Shown here piece after piece: positions 46,274 to 56,560 of a stretch of DNA of 64,000 nt; the stretch's first letter is position 1, and each line of letters opens with the position of its first letter. Origin of the DNA: a virus (Duplodnaviria > Caudoviricetes). Where the stretch lies: positions 96,001 to 160,000 of the IMG/VR virus record IMGVR_UViG_3300028805_000046. One strand, 5' to 3'. The notes beneath the pieces were generated by a model that was given only the letters and a program-made list of their open reading frames with translations, was not told the DNA's origin and did no database searches. The translations under genes were made by a program, and so were the position numbers.

Positions 46274-46846
46274 ATGTCAGGAATTAACCGTGAGATAAAT
46301 GATTATAACACCAACCATTGGGAGATGCACTTCAGCAACTTCCCAAATTTTACTGGACGAAAGGATCTTCCATTGGAGATTTTCAGCGGTAAGGTAAAGG
46401 ACTTTAACGTTCCTGACTGTTCTATTCCAATGCTTTCAACTGTTCTTGGACATGCTATCGCATACCATCCAGCTACTACTGGTGATAGACATTATGGAAC
46501 TATTAACATCGAGTTCTCGATTGATGAAAGAGCTTTCAACTGGTACGCTCTTTATACATGGATGTACCACACTTTGCATGGAGATGCTGAAAGAACAAAC
46601 ATTTATGGCGAAAAGTGCGTGCATGAAAACTGCATTGATGCGATTGAACTTCACATGCTTAATAACGAACATGAGCCTGTCTCGAAGATTCTTTTCAAGC
46701 GCTGCCATCTGAATAACCTTTCTGGCTTGCGCCTTACCTATACTGCTTCTGAAATTGGAACTATCATTGCGACATTCCAAGTAGAAGAACTTGACTTTAA
46801 ATTGATGGATGAAGAAGATGAAATTGAAAATCAAGACGCAATGTAA
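46274..46846 (+). CDS. Tail completion/sheath stabiliser, T4 gp3-like
   Basis: N.P…I.F.IDE…NW…Y.WM…L..LNN…F..C…LSGL…ATF. Confidence 0.7.
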   Translation: MSGINREINDYNTNHWEMHFSNFPNFTGRKDLPLEIFSGKVKDFNVPDCSIPMLSTVLGHAIAYHPATTGDRHYGTINIEFSIDERAFNWYALYTWMYHTLHGDAERTNIYGEKCVHENCIDAIELHMLNNEHEPVSKILFKRCHLNNLSGLRLTYTASEIGTIIATFQVEELDFKLMDEEDEIENQDAM

Positions 46847-47549
46847 AGAATGTGGAAAGATGTTTGAAGACAGTATGGAGTTTACCTCCCATCTGTCTGG
46901 CGAACACGATATGAATGCCCGTGAGTACTATGATAAGTACTTACGTGATGAAAGCACAGGAAAGTGCCTTAACTGTGGAAGCACAGATATCAAGTGGCGA
47001 AATATTGTCGTTGGCTATGATAGATTCTGTTCTGCAAAATGCTCAAGACAGTTCCAAGAAAAGAACGCCACTGGCGCTACTATCAAGTGCCCTATCTGTC
47101 AGACGGAAGTAACAGGCGCTAACAACAACCGTGCATCGCAAGCATTCACCAAGCACTTAAAAGATGTTCACGAATTGACTCCGCAGGAGTACTACGACGA
47201 ATACTTGAAACGTGACGATGAAGGTATCTGCGCTGAATGTGGAAAACCAACGCCGTTCTTGAAGATTTCAGCTGGTTATCAGAAGTTCTGCTGCAAGAGC
47301 TGTTGCGTTACTTTTACTCAACGCTTAAAGAGACAGCAGTACGAAGACGCAAAAGACATCAAAGATGAAAAGAAATTAAGGGAAGAAGCAAAGGCGAAGG
47401 AACAGGAAGAATGGCAGGAAGAAATGAAACGTCGTCTTGCTGAATTTGAAGGCGATAGATATTCCTTGACTTACACAGACTTTGCTTTTGAGAGAACCTT
47501 CTCGCCTCAGATTGACTTCTATGAAGCCTTGACTTGTGGAATGGAATAA
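46809..47549 (+). CDS. Tandem zinc-finger protein (two C2H2 + C4 modules)
   Basis: Two repeats of CxxC…HL…H…EYYD.YL…CxxCG…GY..FC…C. The start may be the ATG at 46818. Confidence 0.8.
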   Translation: MKKMKLKIKTQCKECGKMFEDSMEFTSHLSGEHDMNAREYYDKYLRDESTGKCLNCGSTDIKWRNIVVGYDRFCSAKCSRQFQEKNATGATIKCPICQTEVTGANNNRASQAFTKHLKDVHELTPQEYYDEYLKRDDEGICAECGKPTPFLKISAGYQKFCCKSCCVTFTQRLKRQQYEDAKDIKDEKKLREEAKAKEQEEWQEEMKRRLAEFEGDRYSLTYTDFAFERTFSPQIDFYEALTCGME

Positions 47550-47569
47550 ATACTATTGGAGAATAGTAT

Positions 47570-49057
47570 ATGGCAGATGCAATGCAAAATTATCTTGATA
47601 GAATGGCGAACGGCGTTCAAGCAGCGAACACCGTAAAGCAGGTTGCGGAGAAACTTAATCCGCTTAACCTTTTCTTCAGGAACACCAGAAAAAACATTGA
47701 CGAGATGGCTGCCAATATTCATTACATTACTGGCACGATTGAATCTATGCTGAAGCTTGGTACAGATACTGCCAATGATACACGAGATAATTTGCTTGGT
47801 CTCAATAAGCTAGTTTCAAACATCTATAAGTTATTGCTTGAAGACAAGAAGAAGGTCGAGACAAACGTCATTAAGAACGATGGCGTTGCTCAGCTTGTAA
47901 ACGGCCCTGCAGCAAAAGAACCAGCACTTGACTCTGCGATGATTGCTGCAAAGATGGCGGATAGCCTTACGAAAGTGCTTAATCCTGTCGCTCTTGTATC
48001 TGCATTCTTTGACAAGTTCTTGCCTATTATCATTGTCGGCGGTCTTCTTCTTTATGGATTTGTCGTTGGATGGTTGAACGGTTCAGTAATGGACTTCGTG
48101 GTCGCATTGGGCGCTGCCGTCATAGGACTCTTTGTGGCATTCGTGGCTTTCCAGATAAGTAAGACAATGATCTTACTCGGAATACAGATAGCTTGTGAAT
48201 GGTTAAAGGTGGCTATCGCTTCACAACCTGCTGCTGTCGCTTTGATAGGAATAGGCGTTATCGTCGCTGCATTCCTTGTTGTCGCTGCTGTTATTGCGGT
48301 AGCCGTTGTAGGTGCAGTTCTTGTTACTTTGGCAGCCACTTACTTAATTACGAAAGCGATGAAAGGAATGGTGGACAACATGGTGCAGAACATCACTGAC
48401 GCCTTCGCTGCCCAGCTTTCAAAGACTGAAGAAATGGTCAAAGATACGATTACTGTCATTGGAAATGTAATTCCGATGATGACTTCTAGCATGCTTGCGA
48501 TGTCAGAGACTTTGAGTCATGGACTTGATGCAGTTATCAGCCATCTTGGCGATTCGTTCTTGAGAATGGAACATACTATGGACGGTCTTGCTAGCGAGAT
48601 GTCAAAGATCTTCAACGGCCTTGCTGCTTCAATCGTTTCATCTGCTTTGTTCAAGTCAGTTGAAAAGGCTAAAGAAGAAGGCATTGACTTGAAGACCAGA
48701 CTCCAGCCTATTCACGACACTTTGCATCATATTGACACAATGATTACTCAGATGGCAAGCAACCGTGTACAGCAACAGGCAAGAATTGCAAGATCTTCAT
48801 ATCAGAACGAAGAATACCTTAACAGTTACTCTAATACATATAACAGTTTTGACGCAAAGGATGGCAATAAGTTCTTGCACGATACTGCTGTCATTGGAGC
48901 TCCTGAAGACAAGGTTACCGGTGAGACTCTTGCTGCTATGCAGAACGCTATCATCACTGAGCTTCGTGCTTTGACTGCTGCACTTCAAGGATTGAATCTT
49001 CAAGTCACTGTTCGTGAACCATCAAGACCGTACAGCATTTTTGATAATGAAGGCTAG
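47570..49057 (+). CDS. Tape-measure-like protein (gp29-like) with a central multi-TM segment
   Basis: Helical Ala/Met-rich ORF with a ~120-aa hydrophobic stretch, in the tail module. Confidence 0.55.
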   Translation: MADAMQNYLDRMANGVQAANTVKQVAEKLNPLNLFFRNTRKNIDEMAANIHYITGTIESMLKLGTDTANDTRDNLLGLNKLVSNIYKLLLEDKKKVETNVIKNDGVAQLVNGPAAKEPALDSAMIAAKMADSLTKVLNPVALVSAFFDKFLPIIIVGGLLLYGFVVGWLNGSVMDFVVALGAAVIGLFVAFVAFQISKTMILLGIQIACEWLKVAIASQPAAVALIGIGVIVAAFLVVAAVIAVAVVGAVLVTLAATYLITKAMKGMVDNMVQNITDAFAAQLSKTEEMVKDTITVIGNVIPMMTSSMLAMSETLSHGLDAVISHLGDSFLRMEHTMDGLASEMSKIFNGLAASIVSSALFKSVEKAKEEGIDLKTRLQPIHDTLHHIDTMITQMASNRVQQQARIARSSYQNEEYLNSYSNTYNSFDAKDGNKFLHDTAVIGAPEDKVTGETLAAMQNAIITELRALTAALQGLNLQVTVREPSRPYSIFDNEG

Positions 49058-49060
49058 TAA

Positions 49061-50026
49061 ATGGCATTAAAGATTAGAAGACCGGATAAACGCCCTGATG
49101 TAGAAACACAAATGACTCCATACCAAAAGTCTATGGAGGTCATTTTTCATCTTGCCAAGCAGGGACTTCCTCCAGGTGAAAACAGCTATGACATCAATCT
49201 TAGCGGTACTAAATATGATCTTAACTATGCCATTACTTTGATGGAGCCTGTCTCATTCAACATCTCCACTAAATGGAAAGCAAGTGGTGGCGCATCAATA
49301 GCAAATAAAGTAAATGAAGTCTTTAACTCGAACTTGCTTAAGATGCTTTCTGGCAACATGGCTAAAAACGGTACGCCTACTGATGCGTGGACTCAGAAGT
49401 TGACTGAAGTTGGCAGCCCAATTGGAATGAAGTTGAAGTTCCGAATCTACCATAGAAACGCAAAGGAAATGAACAACTATGCTCACGTCGTTGATAAGGA
49501 CGATATCGTAACTTCTCAAGACGAGATCATTGACTATAACCGTTTGATTAAGTTCTTTACTATCGTCTGTGCTCCTTCGCAGAAATTCTCAATTTCGTCA
49601 AATACGATTGGCGCAGCTGCAGACGCTGCAAGAGCTGTCGCTGGCGACATAAGAGAAGCAAAAGAGGCTTATGACAATTCAAGAAAAAGCGGTAGCAATA
49701 TGATTACTGCTGGCGCTGCTTCATTGGGTGTTCTTTGGGATAAGATAAAGGAAAATTCTGGACTTGTTGACATTGCAGCTGGTCCTCGTCTTAACTATAC
49801 TTTGGCATTCTCAAAAGTTGGTTCATTTACTTTTCCTGAAGAAATAGACTGGATTGTCAATTCATTTGAGTGGAGACCAAGTCAGCAGATGACTATCAAC
49901 GCGAAGACTGGACTTCCAGAACCTTTGTGGGTAGATTTTGATGTATCGGTAGAAACGAACTTCTCACCGTCAAACGTCTTTATTTCGAGAATGTTCTGTT
50001 CAGAAGTTTCAAAGATAAGCTTCTAA
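49061..50026 (+). CDS. Baseplate/tube-initiator-like protein, paralog of 50023..51399
   Basis: PVSFNISTKW…KLKFRIY…W.PS; tail module context. Confidence 0.55.
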   Translation: MALKIRRPDKRPDVETQMTPYQKSMEVIFHLAKQGLPPGENSYDINLSGTKYDLNYAITLMEPVSFNISTKWKASGGASIANKVNEVFNSNLLKMLSGNMAKNGTPTDAWTQKLTEVGSPIGMKLKFRIYHRNAKEMNNYAHVVDKDDIVTSQDEIIDYNRLIKFFTIVCAPSQKFSISSNTIGAAADAARAVAGDIREAKEAYDNSRKSGSNMITAGAASLGVLWDKIKENSGLVDIAAGPRLNYTLAFSKVGSFTFPEEIDWIVNSFEWRPSQQMTINAKTGLPEPLWVDFDVSVETNFSPSNVFISRMFCSEVSKISF

Positions 50027-51399
50027 AATCCAGTATCCTTAAGTATTTCCTTAGCCCAGGTGTTCGCACTGGGCTTTTGGTCTAATTCGCAGTTAAGTGT
50101 GAAATCATAGAAGTAATGATCATTGACAGTCTCATTCCATTCCTTTGATGGTTCTACTGACCAGTCGCTGATATAGACAGTCAACGCCTGCTTGAAAATC
50201 CAAGGATAGATTCGTAATCCAAATACACAGGCGCCGAATACGTTTGCGTTCGCAATTCTTGCTGCTGCATTCTGGAATGAATAAAGCGAGTCAACAGTCG
50301 TGCTTGAACCAAGCTGTGCTTTAAGAACAGTAGCTACATTAGGGTCAACATCATCATTACTTTTGTCGCCGCTGATATAGTCCTTAAGTTCTGCAAAGGC
50401 GTTGGCAATACCGTCAGCAGTCTTAATGATGTTGCCAAATGTATTGCTTACTGAAAATGAACAGGCAGCGTTGATTGGAGTAGTAAGGCTCAAGAACAAG
50501 AGCCATTCTTTTACGTTTGTCATTTGACGGTTACCAATCTTCTGTCCTGGGTAAATTCTGAACTTCACTTGGAACTTCATTTCACCAGCATCTTTATAGA
50601 CACGGGTAGTCAATGCATCTTTTCTACGCATAACAGGAGTGCTTGCATCAGCAGCTCTCATTCCAAGAAATTCAATGAAGTCATTATTCAATGTTTCGTC
50701 TAGCTTTTCACCAACAGACGCTGCAGGAGAGTTTGCCCATTCAGTAGAGAATGAGACAGGAGGCAATTCAGTCATTACGCCGTCAGCAACGAATGGGATC
50801 TTTTCATCTTGACCTGGAATGTAAGTGAAAAGGCTGAAGTAGTTGTTTCCGTACTCCATGAATTTTCTGATTTCAAGTTCATCGTATGTTTCGCCGTGGA
50901 ATGATCCTTGAACGCCTTCTTTCATTGCGTCAAAGTAGTGCTGGTCAGTAGTGACAATTCCGTCAGGACCAAAGATATGAGCACTATATCCAAGGTCAGC
51001 CATGTCTTGTGCGATAGTGTACATGTTTTCAGATGTACCTTCATTTTCTATTCTATCACGTGCTCTAGATATGCCAAGGTCTACATAATCAGTTTTATTG
51101 TCTTCTTGCTGTTGCTTTTGAGCAATATTTGCTCTTGCATAACGAAGAACATAATCATCAGACAATTTGCCTTCAGTAAGAAGTTGTTCATCTTGCTGCA
51201 AACTTGCATAAGTTTCATTTTGACTAAGAATCTTATTTACACGATTTGCATTTGACTGACCGCCATTCGCAGCAGCGTCATTCATAGTAGCACGTTGCTC
51301 AGCTTCACGCATCTTGTTCTTGATGTATTGACGCGCTTGTTCTCTTTCGTAATCGCCTTTAGCGTTTTCTGCTGTCTGTAAAATTGTTCTTTCTGCCAT
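50023..51399 (-). CDS. Baseplate/tube-initiator-like protein, paralog of 49061..50026
   Basis: PVSFSTEW…QVKFRIY…WS.EPS; start reassigned to MAERT after a minus-strand late promoter. Confidence 0.55.
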   Translation of the reverse strand: MAERTILQTAENAKGDYEREQARQYIKNKMREAEQRATMNDAAANGGQSNANRVNKILSQNETYASLQQDEQLLTEGKLSDDYVLRYARANIAQKQQQEDNKTDYVDLGISRARDRIENEGTSENMYTIAQDMADLGYSAHIFGPDGIVTTDQHYFDAMKEGVQGSFHGETYDELEIRKFMEYGNNYFSLFTYIPGQDEKIPFVADGVMTELPPVSFSTEWANSPAASVGEKLDETLNNDFIEFLGMRAADASTPVMRRKDALTTRVYKDAGEMKFQVKFRIYPGQKIGNRQMTNVKEWLLFLSLTTPINAACSFSVSNTFGNIIKTADGIANAFAELKDYISGDKSNDDVDPNVATVLKAQLGSSTTVDSLYSFQNAAARIANANVFGACVFGLRIYPWIFKQALTVYISDWSVEPSKEWNETVNDHYFYDFTLNCELDQKPSANTWAKEILKDTGF

Positions 51400-51440
51400 G
51401 TTATATTTATCCCAAATAAATAAAATAAAGAGTTTAGAGT

Positions 51441-52235
51441 ATGTTAAATTACCGTGACATTTTTGATATTTCCAAGACAACGATGCCGTTGAGCAAACAA
51501 GATCTTTCAAAGATACTTGCTAAGAAGTCATTCATGGGCTTTGTTCAGTGCCCTTACAGCAGACTTATTCAGACGTTGAAGGAAATCTGCGAAGCAGAAC
51601 AGTATCAAGTTTCAGTCAACCCAAACCAGCTGTATCAAGATGGCAGCAATCCGTTTACTCACGCTGACTGCGTCATTCAAGTTGAAGGCTTGAGATCATT
51701 TGATGAATTTACGAACAAGATCATTTCTTCTGAAGATGGAAAAGAATGGTCTGATTTCATGACTTATTCTGAAACCTTCAAGGACGAAGTAAGAAACTAC
51801 AAGTTGGCGACTATCAAGAAGTATCTTTGGAACGCTCATAACATTAACAACTGGTTTTCTGAAGGCGGCATTTCTTTGCCGCCAAATCGTAAGTCTGAAA
51901 TCATTGATGACTTTGAAGAGTTCAAACGAATCATTCTTCAATCTGACGACTTGCATCGTTTCATTGACGCTTGTGATGAAGGAACATTGCAGCAAGCAAC
52001 TCAAGTGTTGACCGCGTCATTGGTAAAGATGCTAGACAAGTATCGTCCAGAACTTAATCATCACGTAGACAACAACACTAGGCGTGAACCGCAAATTATC
52101 GTTAAGAACCCAGTCGTCAATCGTATCTTTGTCATTTCCAATTACGCAAGACAGTGTGAAAAGGACTGGCCGAAATTGAAATTTACAGCTCTTGACAGAA
52201 GAAGCTTTGAAAGCATAAGCTTGTGGAGTGCATAA
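51441..52235 (+). CDS. Hypothetical late protein
   Basis: Late promoter near 51415; coupled to the next gene. Confidence 0.75.
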   Translation: MLNYRDIFDISKTTMPLSKQDLSKILAKKSFMGFVQCPYSRLIQTLKEICEAEQYQVSVNPNQLYQDGSNPFTHADCVIQVEGLRSFDEFTNKIISSEDGKEWSDFMTYSETFKDEVRNYKLATIKKYLWNAHNINNWFSEGGISLPPNRKSEIIDDFEEFKRIILQSDDLHRFIDACDEGTLQQATQVLTASLVKMLDKYRPELNHHVDNNTRREPQIIVKNPVVNRIFVISNYARQCEKDWPKLKFTALDRRSFESISLWSA

Positions 52236-54448
52236 TGATTAAACACAGCGATGTTGAGTTTAATTACCAAGACCTTAGATTTGATACCACTTGGAAGTTT
52301 GAGTGGGACGTTGGACAAGACAACGGTGTAAAGTTCTATCCTATCACGAAGGATGTTTCAGGTTCTGGACCTGTTGAAGACTGGTGGACTCTCTGTGCTT
52401 CTGGTAGTGGAACTCCAGACCCAGATAGATGGGAACCTGACAATCCGTTCTTGCAGTATTCTGGTGGTGACTGGAATACCCAACATCCTGAAAACCCAAT
52501 GCGTTATCTTGGACCAACAATAGTCCCAGGTGAAACAAGCGGATCATTCGTCAAGTTAAGAAGCTCTTTTGAAACGGTCGTAATGGACACGAAACCGCCA
52601 GAACTTGTTTCTGACGCTGGCACTGAATACATTTTAATAAATGATGGCTCTGTTTCTGCTCGTCATTGTGAATTTGTCTTTCGTGACGACTGCGGCCTTG
52701 ACTATAAGAACTTTACTATCACACGCGGCGAAGAAACACTTTATGATTATAGCAGAAAGACAGGCGCTGAAGTAAATGAACTTCAGAATCTTCGTGTCTT
52801 TTCAAATGGCGCTGATACTTATAAAGTTGAGTTTGACATACCCGATAGTTTTGATAGTCCTACTTGTTCAGGAAAGACACTATCTCTGACTGTTTATGAC
52901 AAGGCAACTAATTCGTCTGGGTTCAATTCTCAAGAATTTAAGTATGTAAACATTAAACAAGACGAGTTGTTACCATTGGAGATTACGTTTGACGTTCCAA
53001 ACCCGCCAAATATGACTTTAGATGCCGGAATTGAGGGTGAGGTATATTGTACCATATTCAACCCAAATAAAGGCTTGTGGGTCCTTGGCGCTGACTCCAT
53101 CATAGAGCAACTTTCCGCGGATTCCGTAGGTTGGATTGACCCAAGTACGATTTCTGACAAGGTTGACAATTCATGCTATGAAGAGAACGGACTTATAAGA
53201 TTCAAGATCACAAACATCAACTCAGCAGGTTCTGTAATAGTTCAGGCATGGGTAAAGATTGGAAGTGCCCAGCTTGATGATTATGTTAAGAACGCAACTT
53301 ATGCCGAAGCAGAACTTGGACCTTGGATTGTGATGGATCCTGATGGCAGACGTTACAACTTGAAACAGTTTGTGCCAAAGTATTTGAGACAGACTGACTA
53401 TTACGATTTCGTAAAGTTCTTTGAACTGTTCTTGAACACCATGTACACCAATGTCACTAGAGGAACTAACATTTCTGGTCTTGAAAAGATTGCTGAAATT
53501 TCAGACTTCCTTGACATTGATAAGATCGAGAATTATCTTGTCGCTGACTATGCAAAGCACAGAGGAATGGAGTGGAACGTTGACCTTGAAACTTTGGTCA
53601 AGATGAACAGCGGTTTCTTCAATCCTGACGCATTCACCAATTATTCTGAAACAGAAGTGATGAACATGGTGAAATACGCCTTGAAGAACCTTCCACTTTA
53701 CAACCAGCTTAAAGGCACTGAAAAGGGAATTACTCTTGCTTTGAAGATGTTCTCATTCAGCGCAAAGTTGATTCCGCTTTGGGTAAAGATGGAAAATCCT
53801 ATTGAGGAAAATCCAACATTCATTGAAGAAGACACTCTTCGTGATTTTACGAACATGTTCATGACTTCACGCTTCAATGTAAAGATTACTTCAAAGGCAG
53901 ACTTTGAGACATTCAACGAAAACATTGAAGGACTCATTCGTCTAATCAGAAGCATTAAGCCTATCACCAAGATCCTGAACTTGATTAAGTACAACACTGT
54001 TCCTGATGAAGAAAGTGTCACTACTGTCAAGATCTCAAGCGGTTATAAGGAAAATTCTGAAACTGTTGTGCCTTACAAAATTGAATATGATGATGACATC
54101 AATAAAAAGATTCGTGAGAAGACTGTGAAAGATCGTTCAATACGTCATATCACTAAGCTTTGGATAAACTATTACGGAAGCAACGGCAATTGGTATACAG
54201 TACTTTCAAATCTCGCTATCAAATGTAAGTCAAACATTACATTGGCGCAAGATGATACGTCAATCACTGTTGACTGCAGTAAGGTAAAGTTTGAACTTCT
54301 TGACAGCGGTATGTATCTTATTCCTACTGATGGTAAGACAAAGACTGACCTGTTCAATTTCGTTCATAACGGAGACATTGAAAAAACATCGTACATTAAA
54401 AAGATAACATTCACACATGTTCCAGGGACAAGTATCTATTCCGAATAA
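52235..54448 (+). CDS. Baseplate wedge protein with a gp7/P2 gpI-like domain
   Basis: FVPKYL…DID.I…L..Y…KGT..G…L..F…IKP. Confidence 0.7.
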   Translation: MIKHSDVEFNYQDLRFDTTWKFEWDVGQDNGVKFYPITKDVSGSGPVEDWWTLCASGSGTPDPDRWEPDNPFLQYSGGDWNTQHPENPMRYLGPTIVPGETSGSFVKLRSSFETVVMDTKPPELVSDAGTEYILINDGSVSARHCEFVFRDDCGLDYKNFTITRGEETLYDYSRKTGAEVNELQNLRVFSNGADTYKVEFDIPDSFDSPTCSGKTLSLTVYDKATNSSGFNSQEFKYVNIKQDELLPLEITFDVPNPPNMTLDAGIEGEVYCTIFNPNKGLWVLGADSIIEQLSADSVGWIDPSTISDKVDNSCYEENGLIRFKITNINSAGSVIVQAWVKIGSAQLDDYVKNATYAEAELGPWIVMDPDGRRYNLKQFVPKYLRQTDYYDFVKFFELFLNTMYTNVTRGTNISGLEKIAEISDFLDIDKIENYLVADYAKHRGMEWNVDLETLVKMNSGFFNPDAFTNYSETEVMNMVKYALKNLPLYNQLKGTEKGITLALKMFSFSAKLIPLWVKMENPIEENPTFIEEDTLRDFTNMFMTSRFNVKITSKADFETFNENIEGLIRLIRSIKPITKILNLIKYNTVPDEESVTTVKISSGYKENSETVVPYKIEYDDDINKKIREKTVKDRSIRHITKLWINYYGSNGNWYTVLSNLAIKCKSNITLAQDDTSITVDCSKVKFELLDSGMYLIPTDGKTKTDLFNFVHNGDIEKTSYIKKITFTHVPGTSIYSE

Positions 54449-54469
54449 ATATAGAAAGGAATAGATGAA

Positions 54470-55186
54470 ATGGATCCGAACAAGTTTGAATTAACAGTAA
54501 CCGATGAAGGCAAAGCAACCATTTTCAAACAAGGAACTGGTTTTAAGTTTGCCAACATCGGTTTTGCTTTAGTGAAAGATTCTAGAGACCACCTTGCCAG
54601 CGCCCGTTATGCTGGCAAGCTTTCAAAGCTATCTACCGAATGGATTTTGAATAACTGTACTATCATTCTTAAGAATACAGTTTACAAGTATACAAATGGC
54701 GCTATCGTTCCTACTGATAGCCGCTATACATACAATTTGACAAAGAAGCTAGATGAACATCTTTATCCGCTTGACTTTTCGTTGAGCAAAGATGATGAAG
54801 AAACTGACATTCTTTACGCTTCATATAATGCTCTGATTAAGCCAGATATGTTCAACATTACGAACGTGACTGGCGATATGCAATTTGATGCAATCTTGTT
54901 CTTCGCATTACCGTTTAAGCCAGAATACAAGAATAGACTTGAAGGAGATCCGCAAAAGCCGTTAGTCTTCGCTATCGCTTACTATCCTAACAAGTTGAAG
55001 GTATTGAAGAAACAATCAGAAAATCTTGTATTCAATGCTGAGATCAGATATGAAATGGAAACAGATGGAGAAGTAACGATAGATGATAATCTTGACCACA
55101 TTCATATCGTCAATGATGGCACAGCAAGTAAAGAAATGCCAAATGTGATTACGCTTGGTACAACTGACAATCTTTTAATCGTATAG
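54470..55186 (+). CDS. Tail-fibre attachment/baseplate-associated protein
   Basis: LTVTDEG N-terminal motif typical of fibre-collar domains; context. Confidence 0.5.
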   Translation: MDPNKFELTVTDEGKATIFKQGTGFKFANIGFALVKDSRDHLASARYAGKLSKLSTEWILNNCTIILKNTVYKYTNGAIVPTDSRYTYNLTKKLDEHLYPLDFSLSKDDEETDILYASYNALIKPDMFNITNVTGDMQFDAILFFALPFKPEYKNRLEGDPQKPLVFAIAYYPNKLKVLKKQSENLVFNAEIRYEMETDGEVTIDDNLDHIHIVNDGTASKEMPNVITLGTTDNLLIV

Positions 55187-55194
55187 GTGATGAA

Positions 55195-56556
55195 ATGGCA
55201 AATACATACGAAACATTAGCAAAAGTGAATATTATGTCACCTGTCGCTGACAACTATTCAGATACTCAGCCGCAGTTGATGCTCTCTATCTTGAACAACG
55301 ATGCTGCAAAGACATGGGCTGGTCAGCGTGCTTTCTTCAGTTACAATAAAGACGGAAAAGGCACTCCGCTTTTCAGACTTGCTGAACGTAAGTCAAGCAC
55401 CAATCGTTCTAACTTTGACTTGTTTGGCAAGGACAACATTTACAGAAATGTCAAAGGCGCTTACGGCAACGCATTCATCTTTTCACAGGAAAACGAAATT
55501 GGACAAGGAAGTGAAGACAATGCGTTCTTGTTCTCTGACCAAAACGAAGTGAACGGAAATACGAATGCTTTGTTCATTGCTTCTAACAAGAACAAAATTA
55601 GAAAAGGCGTTAACCACGATGTGTCTAACGCTTTGTTCATGCATACTGATAGTGCTGATGTTAACGGTGTGAAAGGTACCATTCATAATCCTACTTTGAT
55701 TGGTTCTTCATACACGCAAGTAGAAGGCGTTACGCCAAAGTCATTCAGAGGTACTTGGATTTCATCGCCTTGCGGCTATCATAACATGGTTAAAGACACT
55801 GCCTATGACATTGAAATAGGCAACTACCTTGGTTACACAAGTAACATCAAGGGCGGTATCATAATGCTTGGTACTGGCTTGCTTCACACTGGCTTCCCAG
55901 GAGATTCAAGCAGAACTATCATTGGTGCATGGAACAAAGACGATTCTGACCCAGATAACGTCTTTATCGTTGGTGATGGTTTTATGCACAACGACGTAAT
56001 TCCAGAAGGTCATAACATCAATGAACATACTAAATACTATGGAGAAGGCGGAATAAATGAAGAATGGTACCGTCATAACTTGTTCGTTGTCAACCGTCAA
56101 GGATGGGCAGGACTTTATAGCTACGACAATCCTACTGCTAACAATGTAAGATACAGCTATGATGGCATTTACGCTACTGTCAATGGACAGGAAATCAACA
56201 TCAACTTTTATGAATTGAAGTCAAAGATGGCTACTTCTGACTTCGTCAACCAATGCGAAGCAAAAGTCAATCAACTTCAAGAAGATGTTCAGCGTGTTCA
56301 TGCTACTACTCCAGGCGCAGCGCAGTTTATTCTCAAGGACAATTATACTGAAATTGACCTTGACGCAGAAAATATTCCTACTGGCACCGTAGTAACTGTT
56401 ATGAACATTGCTTCAGAATCTGGATATGTATCATTTACTGAGATTAACGGTACACGCGTATTTAGAGACAATATCAGTCCAGTAGAATCCCATTCATACA
56501 TTCGTATTGATGACGCTGATACAGGCGTTCATGGTTTTGCTCAGATAAATAATTAA
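55195..56556 (+). CDS. Putative tail fibre protein
   Basis: NAFIFS.EN beta-repeats, IGAWN…F.VGDG…R.N.F.V trimeric-adhesin-like motif, coiled neck. Confidence 0.65.
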   Translation: MANTYETLAKVNIMSPVADNYSDTQPQLMLSILNNDAAKTWAGQRAFFSYNKDGKGTPLFRLAERKSSTNRSNFDLFGKDNIYRNVKGAYGNAFIFSQENEIGQGSEDNAFLFSDQNEVNGNTNALFIASNKNKIRKGVNHDVSNALFMHTDSADVNGVKGTIHNPTLIGSSYTQVEGVTPKSFRGTWISSPCGYHNMVKDTAYDIEIGNYLGYTSNIKGGIIMLGTGLLHTGFPGDSSRTIIGAWNKDDSDPDNVFIVGDGFMHNDVIPEGHNINEHTKYYGEGGINEEWYRHNLFVVNRQGWAGLYSYDNPTANNVRYSYDGIYATVNGQEININFYELKSKMATSDFVNQCEAKVNQLQEDVQRVHATTPGAAQFILKDNYTEIDLDAENIPTGTVVTVMNIASESGYVSFTEINGTRVFRDNISPVESHSYIRIDDADTGVHGFAQINN

Positions 56557-56560
56557 GAAT

